In this document: positions 12,601-26,454 of the stretch, one piece after another | Position numbering within the stretch: position 1 is the stretch's first letter | How the letters are laid out: every line of letters starts with the position of its first letter | NCBI GenBank assembly: GCA_051362555.1 | Contig: CM120644.1 | Coordinates: forward strand, 6,518,954-6,582,953 | Reading direction: 5' to 3' | DNA from: Lingula anatina | Taxonomy: Eukaryota; Animalia; Brachiopoda | DNA length: 64,000 nt | Notes under the pieces: model-generated | The model's input: the letters and a program-made list of their open reading frames with translations, nothing else | Databases searched by the model: none | Told to the model about the DNA's origin: nothing | Translations under genes and position numbers: made by a program

Positions 12601-14050
12601 TAATACAAAATTATCTACTGTTTCTAGTGAGACCTGTATTGCTTATTGCTTTATATAATAGGTCTTCCTGTTGTATGGACATTAGAGTCAATAAATAAGG
12701 GTTTCAGCGTCTCATTTTTTTTTCTGCTTTCAAGTTTCATGGCTCACTCGTGGATGATCAGTTCCCCGTGATGATGGGTCGCAACCCCATGCCTAAAGCG
12801 GTAGATGAAAAAAGTATTTAGTCTCTTACTTTTTTTTTTTCCATCAAATTTAACATTCACTACAAGCAATCACTAAAAAAAACAGTTTTACGAAGGCATG
12901 GTTCATTTTCTCCCCAGGGCAATTAAACACAAGTTGAGTTGAGTGACAAGCGAGGTTCAAAGTCTTTAGTTACGGATATCACCACGAAACAAACCATTAC
13001 CGCCTCATGTCGTTATACGTCAGTTTTCTTTTTTAAGCGAAGTTTTCAAAGCTCCAGCTGTGCCCAAATCTATTCTTAACACCTTAAACATTCACAGACC
13101 TAACATGCAGGTCACTTCCCAGTTCCGTAAAACATAAATTTGCGGTTTCCTCTAAGTACGTGACTTGATGTACGCCCTATGGCAAAAGTTGAAAAACGCG
13201 CATTAAAAGTCACTAAATAACGGTATTTTGGGACTCTATTTCCTTGTAACAAGCCACCTACTGCAGTCTACAATAGTTAAAACTGTAATAAGTAGACCTA
13301 TGCTAAACAACAAGCTTCCTTTTTGATCAGGATATTTTGGTAAATAGCAAAAAAAAAAAAAAAAAAAAAATCGGACTACGTGTAACGTTTCTGTTTAACT
13401 TTTTACCTGTCCACGCCGTTGATATGTCTAAATATTCACAAAAACAGTATATACCAAGCCCATAAAAATATAACAGAAAAAAAGCAACGTATATTAATAA
13501 GAAAGAAAATAATACTACATAACTGGGTAAAATTAAACAGAAAAAAAGACAAGCATATACATGCTGACAAAGAGACCCCAAATATAAAATGCAACAATTA
13601 ATACAATGGAAAAATAAAAAGAAGTAATACCTCAAGATCTTTGCATTCGGCATTCAGTGACGTCAAATATAAGAACTGACCTGAAGAGACGAATCTACTG
13701 ACACCGATGATTAGTAATTAACTTTAAGCGACCTTGACTCGAGTATTCAAAGCCATGCCAGGTCAAAGTCCTTCTCGAAAAATGGAAACCTTTCAGTATA
13801 TTTGGTTTCCTATCTTATTAACATTATCGCTGATGACCTTCGCATTCAGTCCATCATGCTAAAAGACAATTGATACTTTGGGAGTGGCTGCATGTATACT
13901 GAAGTTAATGAGGAATATGAAAAATGACTACTATAGAAATTTCGGCTATGGAGCGTATACATGTGTACGCACACATGTGCGAGCACAGAGACAAAACGCT
14001 CCTACATACAAAAGACTTATGTAAAGTCACAACTCAACTGAGAATTCGAC

Positions 14051-15107
14051 CTATGTTATTAGTGGAGTAGTGTCAGCCGGTGATATATCAGACTGCTGTT
14101 TTTCACTTTCTACTCTTGTTTGATATTCCTGCCAATCAAAACGTCGTTGGAAAACTGGCCCGGGATTGATCGGTCTCGTCGTGCACTGGAGATAGTTGAT
14201 CAATTCACGAGGTAAGGGGAGTTTTTGCAAATTCCGCCTGGTAAATTTGCGGAGAATCACAGTTCGACAGAGAGCCTTTAAGGTTCTCATTACAGGGGGA
14301 AGCACGTAGTTGCGCACTACCGCATTGTCCATGTGATCTCTATCGTTAGTCTTAAGGTAAAGCAAGGCGACGGTGCGGCCATCGTTGGAAACCATTGGGA
14401 ACAAGTTCAGTGCTATCTCCTGGTAGGTTTTTAGGGTCTCGTGCTCCTGTATGATAGCCTGGTCCAAGAACGGCGCCAGGAGCCGCGGACCCGGAAGCAC
14501 CGGCTTCCGGAACTCGATCTTACAAAGCGGAAGTAGCACGTCAGATCGGAAAATGAGCACATGGTCCTTCTTACTCGGGTAATCTTGAAAGTCCCGGTTG
14601 TAGTCCAGTGTTAGTATCAGATCTCCATCGGGGGAGTATTTTAAAAGCACTGACATCGCATTGAAGCCTGGCTCTTCGTAGGTCAACGTCACTTCTTGTT
14701 TCAGTACGTCGTATTGTTTAAGCGGGCCGTGGTTTATTATACTCTCGAAGTCTATCACCGGCGCATTGCTCTTAGCCTCGACGTACGTTATAATGTGCTC
14801 GTTTCCGGGCCGGGGATCAACGGCAATGGCGGCTGGCCAACCGGTGGTGGGAAACGTCAAATTCTGGAACAAAAATATGTGAAATAGTCTTGTTAAAAGA
14901 AACACAATACAACAATGCATTAACCATATATCCTGGTGGTTTAGATCTAAATAAAATACCTAAAGCATACTTAAGTACCGGTACATCGGAGTTTCGAATT
15001 CGTTTGAATAAGCATCATTAAAATTGTGTTTACATGGATGTTTAAGTCAGTTAGAGAATCATATTTAATAAACCTTCATATAAAATTTCATATCGAGCAT
15101 AAAAGAC

Positions 15108-15154
<47 letters not shown>

Positions 15155-16493
15155 GTGCTTCCATTTAAACTACATTAAAAATTTCAGGGGGCACATTATA
15201 AATTTGTTAACAAAAACAGTTGTCCCTGTAAACAAAAACAGTTGTCCCTGTAAAGAAGAGTGGAGGAAAAAGTAGCTTTGCACATGTTTTCTCATTTACC
15301 ACTTGACCCTGCATGCATAAAAAAGGTTAGAGCTTCAATATCAACTTACCGTGTATTCCATGGTCTCACAGTTCAGAAGTTTCGTCGTACAGACCAGCAT
15401 GAAGAGTCTCTCCATCTCGCGCGTGTGACCCGTGCATTCGGACGGGCCAGTGATCACCATGAAGTTCCCATTGTCGTTACTCACGCACCGGAAGTTAGCG
15501 GCGGCGTGGTGTAACCATGGTGACGCCTTTGGCCGCCATTGTAAAACCTGACACACGGTCCTTTTTTCCAAGTTGAAAAGATAAAACTTCAGCTCTGGTG
15601 TATATGCCAGAAGTTTGTCCTTACTCGCCCCACAGAAAGTAAATTGTTCTCCCGTAAAGTCTTCCACGATTGAGTCCTCGTCTGCTGTAATCGTGAAAGG
15701 GAGACTCGACAACTCCTGTATTTGTATTCCTTTCCTAAGGTCAAATGGGCCCATTTCCAGCTCGTAAAGGCGGGAATTTATTAGTCTCCAGTTGTCAGGA
15801 AGTTTTCCCATTTTACGGCTTGATAGCCATGTTGGCAGCGTGAAATTCAGAACTGAAATGTGTTTTGGAATCTTGACTTTGGTGATGTTGGCCAGCATAT
15901 ACTTCAGCCGCGTCACAAGCATACGATCAAAGTGGTTGTGATCTAAAATATGACAGAAAATATTTTCATTTCGGATAGAGGATAAATGATTAATAATGAT
16001 TTACTTACGGGTAAAATGCATTCGAGTGTATGCAGCCTTGCATTTTATTCATACTCATTTTTAAAAAGTTATTTTTAAAAATTCAAATCGTACTGCGAAG
16101 AGACTCAAAACGAGTACAGTATTTAGAAGTTCCTAAATTACGGTATTCGTTTATGCCAAGAATGTGTCCATCGTTTTTCTGTTCCCTGTGTTGTCTAATC
16201 TAATCTAATCTTAAGTGTGCATACATTAACACGATATAAAGAAAGAGGCAACAAATAAAAGGTAATTCAGGGTAGATGGTTTTGGAACATTATATAGCAT
16301 TTAATTTTATACTTTTACAAAAATAAATAAATAAGTAAATAAATAAATAAATAAGTAAGTAAGAAATAAAAAATACATTAACTTGCTTTCAATACTAGAG
16401 CAGGATTACCTTTTTGATAAGATAATCGGAGAAAGACTTACCGACGGCGTACTTCGGCCAGGCTCTTACCCACATTGAGCTTACTTCAGTCAT
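14051..16493 (-). CDS. SOCS-box-containing protein, 485 aa; coding exons 16442-16493, 15350-15942, 14051-14863
   Basis: GT-AG introns join in frame (phases 1 and 0): MTEVSSMWVRAWPKYAVD|HNHFDRML...TMEYT|NLTFP... The C-terminal TLKALCRTVILRKFTRRNLQKLPLPRELINYL matches the BC-box plus LPLP Cul5-box. SPDG/SNDG turns suggest a beta-propeller. An acceptor at 16503 implies an upstream non-coding exon. Confidence 0.88.
15108..15153. repeat. (TTA)n microsatellite, intronic
   Basis: Seen directly. Confidence 0.95.
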
Positions 16494-17684
16494 TGTTTAT
16501 GTCTGAAAGAAAAATTTTGCTTTTAACAGTTGATAATTGGTTAATAAACAAAACTATGCATTACATGTATAATATCCCAATAGAAAACAACAAGCCTTAA
16601 GCAAAAGGAAATCACATTTTTAGGAACTCAGTAAATTGCACGATAAAAATTTGATATCCCGATACTGATAGAAATTGGGGTTTCTCAGCATAGGGACTAA
16701 TCACATCAAAGAAGTTTCTTTTTTATGTTACAGTTTCAGGATTTGATTTTGCAAGTTACTATGGCAAAGTCACAAATAAAAACGGTTAATTTGAAAAATA
16801 GTTTTTGAATGTTACCTGTATTCTGGGTCTTAATAAAATTACCTTATATGCTTTAAAAAAAGGCTTACTATCGAGTTACATGGTTCTGCATATTTAGTGC
16901 AAAACTTGCAATTTTACTCCATTGATTCAATAAATAGATAAACCCAGAACTTTACAGGCAAATATGCAGTTACTATTAATCAAGCAACCACATGTAAATA
17001 AAAAAAAATCACATATGTGCTTCTGAGCTGTAAGATTGTTCCATTCGATATTAGTCACTGGGATATAAAATGGTAGCACAACAAGAATACTTTGTGAATT
17101 AAATGCATTTCTTAATTACTTCCTTCTGAAATATTATTTTCAGCGAGAAAATATTTTTTGGGCCTTGAAGTAATTGCAATTTGATGCAAAACAATTTTTT
17201 TAATCCAAGCCAAGGTGCCCCCGGGTAAGAGGGGGTGGGGTGGGAGGGGATGCCGAGGAGGTCAAAATGAAACCATGGCTTCAGTTTGCTGTGTCAGGTC
17301 TCTTTGCATTAAGGAATAAATGTCAGAAATTAAAGCAACCGAAAGCAACTAAATTTCAGATTCAAAAGAATAATTGGCGATGGGAAGAAATAATTTCCTC
17401 TACCCCCTCATACCCCTGCACTTCTGACTGATGTGGTTGAAAAGAAAGTGGGGAGGGGTAAACCCCCACCCCCAGTCCTTCTCCCCCTGCTGTTCATATG
17501 TCTATGTACAATGTATGTATATAAATTCGTCTGGAATCAAGACCACGTGGAGACAGCGTGAATGCCTTGCTGGCGAGGATCCACAGCTGCTACATATCAC
17601 GCGCTGTCCGCATTTTAATACATTATTCTCGCTTTCTCCCCAACTCATGCGTCATGCAGCTCAGGCTTAGCTATTTCTGTGAGA

Positions 17685-17686
<2 letters not shown>

Positions 17687-17749
<63 letters not shown>
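17687..17749. repeat. (AT)n microsatellite
   Basis: Seen directly. Confidence 0.97.
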
Positions 17750-17752
<3 letters not shown>

Positions 17753-17870
17753 AAGGAACTAAATTTTGGAAATATTTATTTATTTATTTATTTATTTATT
17801 TATTCTGAACTGAAATTCTGCGCTATTTAGAAATTAAACTTTTTTTATTATACCTATCTGTTCATGTTGC

Positions 17871-18025
17871 ATAACTCAGATTTTGAAATATCACAATTTA
17901 TTTTGCTCTGCCTATTTCATCTTTCTATCTCTCTGTCTACCTATCTATAACTCAGATTTTGAAATATCACAATTTATTCTCCTCTGCCTATTTCATCTTT
18001 CTATCTCTCTATCTACCTATCTATC
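17871..18025. repeat. Two-copy tandem repeat, unit about 77 bp
   Basis: ATAACTCAGATTTTGAAATATCACAATTTATT...CTATCT occurs twice head to tail. Confidence 0.9.
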
Positions 18026-21000
18026 TATCTATTCACTTATTGATTTTTTTCTGACCACCAACGAGACACATTTAAAACAATAAATTTAATAAAAAAAAAA
18101 CTTAACCCAAAGGAAAAAATGGCAAGTAATAAAAAAGGTGACTCCCTCTGTTGCTTTGAGTGCAATATGGATAGAACTGTAATCAAATCCTGGTGGACTG
18201 AACAGTTATTTCGTTTTGGTTGTGAAAACATTCCCATGTGCACCTACTTATACCAGGTACTGGTCAGATTTCTAGATATCCTTTAGGTGTTTAAATGTAA
18301 GCATTTCTGATGATCATTGTTTTTAAATTCAATGAGTCAAAGTTCGAAACTTTAGAAAAACGTTCTTGTTATTTGACCTTTAACAAGCTGCGTTAAAGAT
18401 TGGCGTAGTATATGATAAATTTAGTTATTAGCTTCACGTAAGACAACAAAAGCGACACATTAAAACATGTGCGATTATCCGACGAAATCAGTTCCTTTCT
18501 GTCCTTTACATTTTTTTTTTTTTTTTGGGGGGGGGGGGGAAGCAAATGAAAAACAATTTAGGATCAATAAGCAGTAGTATCAAATAAAGAAACAGGAATC
18601 AAAGAAAGTGACATGTATAGTTATTAATAATTTGTTTACAGCAAAGTAAACACAATAAAACGTGATTTTTTTTTCAATTCACAAAGGGGACACCTACATG
18701 CCTAATGCCTTATCATTTTCTCATGCTTTCAGTTCACTCTAGTTGTGAAATTGAAGAAAGGAGACATTCTGCCTCAGTTACCTATTTCAATAAGCTCACA
18801 TGAGTGCAGTATCTACAAAATAAAATCCACTTCCAATGCCATTATTATCTCTAAAAATAAATATTTTTGGTGTTATGCCAACTGTGTTACATGGTCAAAT
18901 CAAACCCGAGGGACATTTCCTCGCTCCTTTTGTAAGGGATGCCTTATCCGCTATTGACATTATTTATTAGAGTACGTCCTCTGTACAAGATAAAGAGAAA
19001 CTACAAAATAATGTAAGCTACAAGGAAGAAATACGTGCCGAAATGAGTGCTTCCTAGTCGCCGGTGATTTATATCAATACTTCGTTTCAGTCACAGCAGC
19101 ATATTAAGTCTTCGGGTTTCCACTAAATAAAAACAAATCATATGGATTTTTTTTAAATGTGCATTTCTCATGATAAACCCAATAGCTGTTCAGTTTCACA
19201 CGCGAAAGGAAACCTTTTTACCTACGCAGAAATTCGAGGTGCTGCTTCCTCCACGCCAATTAACGGCTAAAATGTGGTTCACGAACACCGTCCTTGTATA
19301 ACATGGACGTGGCACTCCTTGATATCCGGGACCTTAACACTATATCCTCACAGTCATATGGGCAGCGACCTTACATGGAACATGGACAAAATTTGTTATT
19401 ATGTCCAAGACTGGAAGGAGTGTCCTTCAACGTCCCTTATTATGTCTGGGTGGGTCTTATTTTCAATTAATCGCGGTCAACTGCACCAGCAGTACACAAG
19501 GACTGGTTGACAACCAAGTCAAAAAAAATTCTTACGCCTTTTTGAACACTCCCGTTTTGTATTTGATTATAAAGGCGGCGTTCTCTGCTTACAAATAGGT
19601 TATTGTCTTTACTGCCTGGGTTTTTTTCATTTTTATTTAATTTTTACTTCTATTTTTATTTATTCTTACCCTATGTTTTATTCCTCTTCTTAGCTTTTTT
19701 AATTATTTAATATGATACCGTAAGAATAATTTGTCTCTAAGTCTTGAGTTTAGTTAATTTTGGACCTAATGCACGTCAGTCTGTTCACTAACACATGATC
19801 ATAATTATTGAAGAAACATATTTGCCACTATCACACACACACACACAAAAAAAAATACACGTCAATCAAAAAGACATTAAGTCCCTGTATTGCAGTATAA
19901 AGACTGATTTATTCCGTGCTGAGGGTCACGTGTTTGCGGTGGAGACGACGGACTTAATAAAGAATAGGTTTAAATGCACAATTGGAAGTCACTGGTACGT
20001 TAATATCGTGCATTGTTCGACGCGCGAAGAAGCTGCTTAAACAGTGGGTGTTGTGTCCCATGTCACATGAAAAGCGTATCATTTTTTTTTTTTTTTTGAA
20101 AAAATGCACCACCTTCTACATGCTTCATGCAGGTTGCACTATACATCAGTTGCGGATCTCAGATACGCAGTGGGTGCCTCCCTCACCATCTTCAGTTTCG
20201 GAGGGGAGGTACTGTTTATGACCCAAAACTATAAAATAAAGCGCCATTTAACTGCACGTAGCAGCTGGAAGTGATTATGACAGTTTTGAAGTCGCTCAAA
20301 GGACTTATCTTTTTATTTATTTTTCAACTTATAAACTAAGTTTGTATCGTCATAGTTTTTAAATGTTCTTAAATTTTATATTAATACCTGTAAAGCGCAC
20401 TGAAATGGATTATCCTTACCCTTACAATCCTTACCCTTCAATAAATAAGTATAATGAGATAAAACCAAGCAATTTTTCATCCCGTGTCCTTAACATTATA
20501 ATAAGTTTGTCCTCGTCTTTACTGGGCAAATAAGATTTCCTTCCAATCCTGCTCCTTAATGGAATCAAGGAAAACGCCATCGTAGCTTTATTTATTGTTG
20601 CCCTATGTGAGATAAAACCAACCCAGTAAATAAACCACCACGATAATATAACGAATATCGCACTAGTACATCCGTCGTATTAAAAGAAGTGTCTCCTAGA
20701 CAGCTAGCTGTGGCATTTATTTTCGAAATGTATATTAGTAATTTATTATACTTAAAAAGTATTTCAAGCATGCTCTTGACTAAATGAAAAAATATGTATC
20801 ATTTTCACAGCTCGTGAAAATAATGTATTACTAATGCATATTGCATGTTTGCTGAAAATGATTTTATAATTTTTTTTTTTTATTTTGGCACTTGTCTGCT
20901 CTCATGAAGCGTAAAACATGCCTAACCTGTTCGACACGCCCACCTGATTCACCCTTAGAACTACCAGCTTTAAATGCACCTTTCAAATATAGCATGAACT

Positions 21001-21177
21001 TTATTTTGTCAGTAGATACTTACGTTCAACTAATGGGTCATGAGACACGGCTTAAACTTGTGGGTTATCGCTTTAAGTTTAAAATTCATTAAAGGCTACA
21101 TTATCTTAAATGTATTATCTTACTTACATATAATACCTTGCTCTTTTACAGTTTGAATGACATTATGTGTATCTCCT

Positions 21178-21209
<32 letters not shown>
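21178..21209. repeat. Poly-G tract
   Basis: Seen directly. Confidence 0.95.
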
Positions 21210-21210
<1 letters not shown>

Positions 21211-21279
21211 CAATTACGATCCCACCCCACACCCAACGCCACCAGACACCGTACAGTTACCGAACACTGCTACCCCAAA

Positions 21280-21318
<39 letters not shown>

Positions 21319-22141
21319 AAGGTATAAGCTAAATCAAAAATTCCCATCCCCATGTCCTAAATTATACTATAATACTTCTTGTCCAGTATTCATATTCCAC
21401 AACAAATGGAGGCAAATGTCGTTTTGATATCCTCGTGCTTCCCCCCTTCCGCCCCACCCCACCCCCACCCCAAACCACAAACCACCCCACCCCAACCATC
21501 CCACCACAGCCACCACCTCTGGTCAAAGTCTGGATCCACCATTGGTGGGGGTTGAGGTAGTGGTAAGGTTATCATTGCACGAGCCGTGATATTATCTAGG
21601 TCAGCCAGATATGACCCAACGCATAGAATATAACAGTAGTATAGTACCCGTACATGTACAGCCTAGGCCAGCGTAGTACAACGACGGGGGGCTTGAAACG
21701 CCAGCGTTCTAGATAACACACTAATACTCACTTGTTTCCACTTTCATGCTCCTTTTACAAGTCTTTAGTGTCCCTTGAGCTTTTGGTTATGTCACAAGAC
21801 CCAGATTGTTTCGCGTGTTGACACAAATCCGTCGTCCTGGCACGTAATGCAACCTAACCGCATACACCGCATATATGTAAGCGGCTCTCTACTTCCTTGT
21901 TTATCATTGAAAACGAGGCAGCCAATCAAATACGCCATCTGGCCAAGGAACAAGAAGGGGATTCCCCTTCTAATGTACAAATCCCTGTAAGATACGCAGA
22001 ATAATATTGTATTGGTATACTATATTAAAACATAATTATGACAAATAAAATTTCTTCTCAGTATACCTTATCAAACAATAGATTATCAGTGGTGCTTGTT
22101 GCACGTCCTGGACTTTATAAAGTATCTTATACTGGTGGATC

Positions 22142-22395
22142 CAGTGGCGGCTTTAGAAGGGGGGGGGGGTGTCAGGGGAGTCCTGACCCAACCTTCGATT
22201 TGTGTCCCCTTTTGAAATTTACATTTTGACTAGCTGAATCATAGTTCTAAACCGTACCAAATGGCACCGTTCGCCCTCTAAAATACCAAAATTTTTGGGG
22301 CCCTTCAGTGGGTCCCAGACCCCACCCCGAGGAGGGGGGGGGATCGGCTTCTCATCCGTGGACCTCCTCTTCAGATAAGATTGGATCCGCCCCTG
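22142..22395. mobile_element. Probable hAT-type MITE (CAGTGGCGG...CCGCCCCTG ends)
   Basis: Short imperfect TIRs with G-rich and C-rich subterminal tracts; no clear TSD. Confidence 0.5.
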
Positions 22396-22676
22396 CCAAT
22401 ACAGGTACTGAGTGAGGTAATATACTCAACGGCGTTGGGGATGTTTACCTGGTTTACGTCTTAAAGGGATCTCAAAGGGATCTGCCTCGTCAGTAATAAT
22501 GGCTTGAGGGTTTATGGAACGGCAATCAGATCTATTACTATTTCTATGTGGTTAAACAAACGCTTAATGTGAAATGCCCTGGCATTTAATAAGTTCAGTT
22601 ACCTTTAAATGTTTAGAAAATTGGTCACAATATTATAATATTAAAAGCTGTAAGGCATCATCGTCATTATTATCAT

Positions 22677-22719
<43 letters not shown>

Positions 22720-24458
22720 GGTTTTACTTAGTTATCACGCGTTTGCTATTGTAGCTATCAATGTTCTGTGAATGACCTCTGCACACTGTGGCGAACAGGT
22801 AAAAAAAAAAACGAATGAGTGAAAAAAATTAATGAGGTGGGAGGGGGAAGGTGGGGAGGGGGCACTGCGTCTTTTCTTTCGTCTTTTAACAGAAAACAGA
22901 ATTCAAAATAGGCAACTGACAGATTATATGTCCATTGAGTATTGTTTTCTGTTTCGGTTTGTATCATGAGACCGATGACACTAACAATAAACCACTAGTG
23001 AGCCTCTTGAAAGTGTTAATGAAACCGGGAAGTGATATGCTTATCATAGATAAATATAGATGACAAAAATGAAGCGAGGGCTTTAAAACATTGCATTGAC
23101 TGGGTCTTCCGCGTTCAGTTTCCGATTTCAGTTTCGGGGCAATTTAATATTTTTCCCTTTTTAATTTTAAAATAGAATATAAGACCTACATGCAAGTGCG
23201 TGGAATTAAATATTATTTAGTGTGGCAAGGGTGTTGTTATTAAAACCGCACTATGTACACCGCCTGGGCTTTATGTTTATGACCGTGTTCAATTTAGTTT
23301 AACGCCCTCAAAGGGGGACAAGTGTATATTCATTCATTAAATCTTAATTATGACTATATGCACGTGTCCAAGGCTTCATCTTTTATTATAATAATTGGCT
23401 GACATCTCTGTGTATTGTGTTGAACACAGGGGTGTGGGTGGGTAAGGGGGGTAGGGCATAGGACAAACAACCAAACAACCACCCCGACCCATCCCACCCC
23501 CCAACTGAACTACTGCGCATGCGTAATTGGATTTTGAGGATTTTTAGAAACTGTTAGGAGGGGGGGGCAAGTAACAAACGGTTAATTTTAAGTGCGGGTC
23601 TATTTGTTAATCGATTAAGTAATTAATAAATCGGTTTGTCTGTAAGTAACATTATGCAGGAAGAGATTTTAATCTAATGTTCCTGATAGGTCAGAAATTG
23701 GTCAGGTTTTAGTTGATTTATCAGTCAATTTATAGGTTGATCAATTTGTTACTAAATTAATACTTCAGTAAATGTGTATTGAATTAATTTATAATTATTT
23801 TGAATAAATAATTAACAAAATGAAATCGAGATTATCAAAAAACATAATAATAATTTAATAAATCAATAATTTTAATTATTGATTTATTAAATTATTATTA
23901 AAATGATAATGAAAATTTACCTACCAAGTCGGGGATGTGCGCTCTCTGATTTATTAATTAATTAATTACAATATACTGGTATGAGGTATATGTAAGTCAT
24001 ATCTTTGTGATTTAATCTGTGTCGCATAAAATAAAATGAGTCTGTATGCTGCCTTGTATACAGGCAGTACTTTGAAGTGACGCAATGTTTCTAGATGAAT
24101 AAGTCCGTCTCCGTCTCGGCCCTGTTTCTTTCACTCTCTCTTCCTTTCGTTTCTGATCGTGATCCTCTCTCTTTCATAAGTTCTTTCGAGAGGCCTTTTA
24201 TGTGTAAGCGGACCCTGAAATATATGCAGTGAATCACTTCCATTGATTAAGCCACCTACTAGATACGAATAATATCTCATTTTGCTCTGAGCATTTCCTC
24301 CCCGCCTTTGGTCAAGACCCATGTAAAAAGGAACCCGACTTGTCTCGCTACAGAGACATCTCGTGGTGCTTTGAATTAGGGCTGTCGATTTGAATTTCAT
24401 TTTTATACTTAAGAATTGGATCCAGTAACTCATAAAACGTTTCGTGCTCTCTTTGTTA

Positions 24459-25033
24459 AGGCCCTATTTCACACAGACCACGAATCCCACGAATCGCCAG
24501 GAATTGACAAATTTTAGGATTCGTGAGGATTCGTGAGATTTTGCCAATTTTCTGGACTTATTCGACACGCTCACGATTCACTTACGATACAGGTACGATA
24601 GTGTTACGAATATTCGTGGGATTCGGCTGGAATCGCACGAATATTGTCCAGAAATTCACTACGATTTTTTGGAATCGGGAGTTCGTGGCCAAAACTATGA
24701 ACAGCTCAAAATTTTTGCCACGAATTCCCGATTGATCAAGAATTGCAAGAACTTACTACGATTATATACGAATCTGTTAAGAACTTCACGAACTGATTAC
24801 GATTCAACCAAATTTTCAATTCCTGGCGATTCGTGGGATTCGTGGTCTGTGTGAAATAGGGGCATCAAAGTTTTTGCCACCCATTCCTGTTGGTCAAGAA
24901 GTGCAAGAACTGACTACGAATAGATACGAATCTGTTAAGAACTTCACGAACTGATTACGATTCAACCACGAATGGCGAAATTTGTCAATTCATGGCCATT
25001 CGTGGGATTCGTGGTCTGTGTGAAATAGGGCCT
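24459..25033. mobile_element. Harbinger-type MITE with a duplicated right end
   Basis: TIR AGGCCCTATTTCACACAGACCACGAATCCCACGAAT and its reverse complement ending at 25033; TSD TTA. A second internal copy of the right end finishes at about 24863. Confidence 0.88.
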
Positions 25034-25534
25034 TTAAGGAGCACTCTGTGTAACTCTGTAATACATGTCCTCATATACGGCTGAATACAGCACTCTTTAC
25101 TAAATACATGGACATAATAAGAAAAGGTTCTCTTTTTATGTCCATGCTAAATAACAGAAAGCTGTGAACCATAGAGGAACAGCGACATGCGAGATCGCAT
25201 CGTGATATCGCATCATGCTATCGTGATATCGCATCGTGCTATCGTGGTATCGCAATATCGCGTCCCATTAAACGAATCGATATTACGATGTCACGAATCA
25301 GCTACCATAACATGCAGTCAGAAGGTTGACGATAATTATGTCAATTAGTGAGAGAGAGAGAAATGGGCATTTTAAGATTTTAATCACATTAAAACACACG
25401 TTTTGGGATGTTAATGATTATCCCTTCGAATTAATCTTCTTTGCTGGAACCAAACTTTGGTGTATAGTCTCAATAACCGCAGAGGACTGATGCGGGAATT
25501 TCATTGTTTTTAGGGATGCATTATTGACATTATC

Positions 25535-25984
25535 GAAGTCTGTTCTGCTCTACGGGTCTGAATGCTGGAGAGTTACAAAGTCTGACATGAGCAGAGTAGA
25601 GTCCTTCCATAACAGGTGTCTCCGCAGGATCTGCCGCATATTCTGGCCTAATAAGATCTCCAACCATGACCTGTACATACTGACAGGGAACCAGAGTATT
25701 GTAGGGCAGATCAAGCGACGGCGATTTCAATGGCTTGGCCATGTACTTAGGATGGACGAGAACCGAGTACCAAAGGTAGCTTTGAGATGGACACCACCTG
25801 GAAAAAGAAAGAGAGGAAGGCCCAAGACCACCTGGCGCCGAACAGTGATGGCAGAGCTGAGGGAGGGGGACCTTACATGGGGACAGGCCCAGCACGTAGC
25901 CAGAGATAGGGCCAAATGGAAAGAAGTGACTGTGGCCTTATGTCCCACACGGGACGAAGAGCACTGATGATGATGATGATGATG
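25535..25984 (+). mobile_element. 5'-truncated RTE-clade LINE (C-terminus of the RT ORF plus (TGA)n tail)
   Basis: Peptide SVLLYGSECW...FHNRCLRRICRIFWPNKISN...WLGHVLRM...GKRKRGRPKTTWRR is typical of RTE elements. The stop codon runs into a (TGA)n tail. 12-bp TSD ATTGACATTATC at 25523-25534 and 25985-25996. Confidence 0.93.
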
Positions 25985-26454
25985 ATTGACATTATCTCGG
26001 CCGAGAAATTTAATTCAAATTGCGTAGTTTTTAAAGCAAATGAATTAAGAACAGGGTTAAAATTTGCTAAGTTATGTTTGATTTCAGTTAAAATTATTGT
26101 ACTTAAATTCGCCAGCAACCCCTCTACGTGTAAGTGTTGCGCTAAAGCGTGACCGACTCGTTTGACGAAATTGTACTATGGACGAGAAACTACGCTACAG
26201 AGGGCTTCATGCTCTGTTACGATGTCACCGAGAATTCATTTAGTTCTGTTTATTATCCATTAGTTAATAATATTAAATAATATCAGAATATCAGTGCTAT
26301 AATCTTATTGTCCATCAAAATGATTTTAATTGTTAAAACAACAACAGTGATTCAATTATCTTATTCTTCTTTTTATTCTTCATTCGTTTTGTCTTCTTTT
26401 TATTATTATTGTCGTTGTTGTTTTATAACACGTATTTCTTCCATTATTTTTTAC

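Noticed and set aside
23560-23950. Possible Helentron-associated (HINE-like) repeat ending GATGTGCGCTCTCTGA
   Set aside because: Only a vague resemblance to recalled consensus ends; boundaries cannot be supported without a library search.
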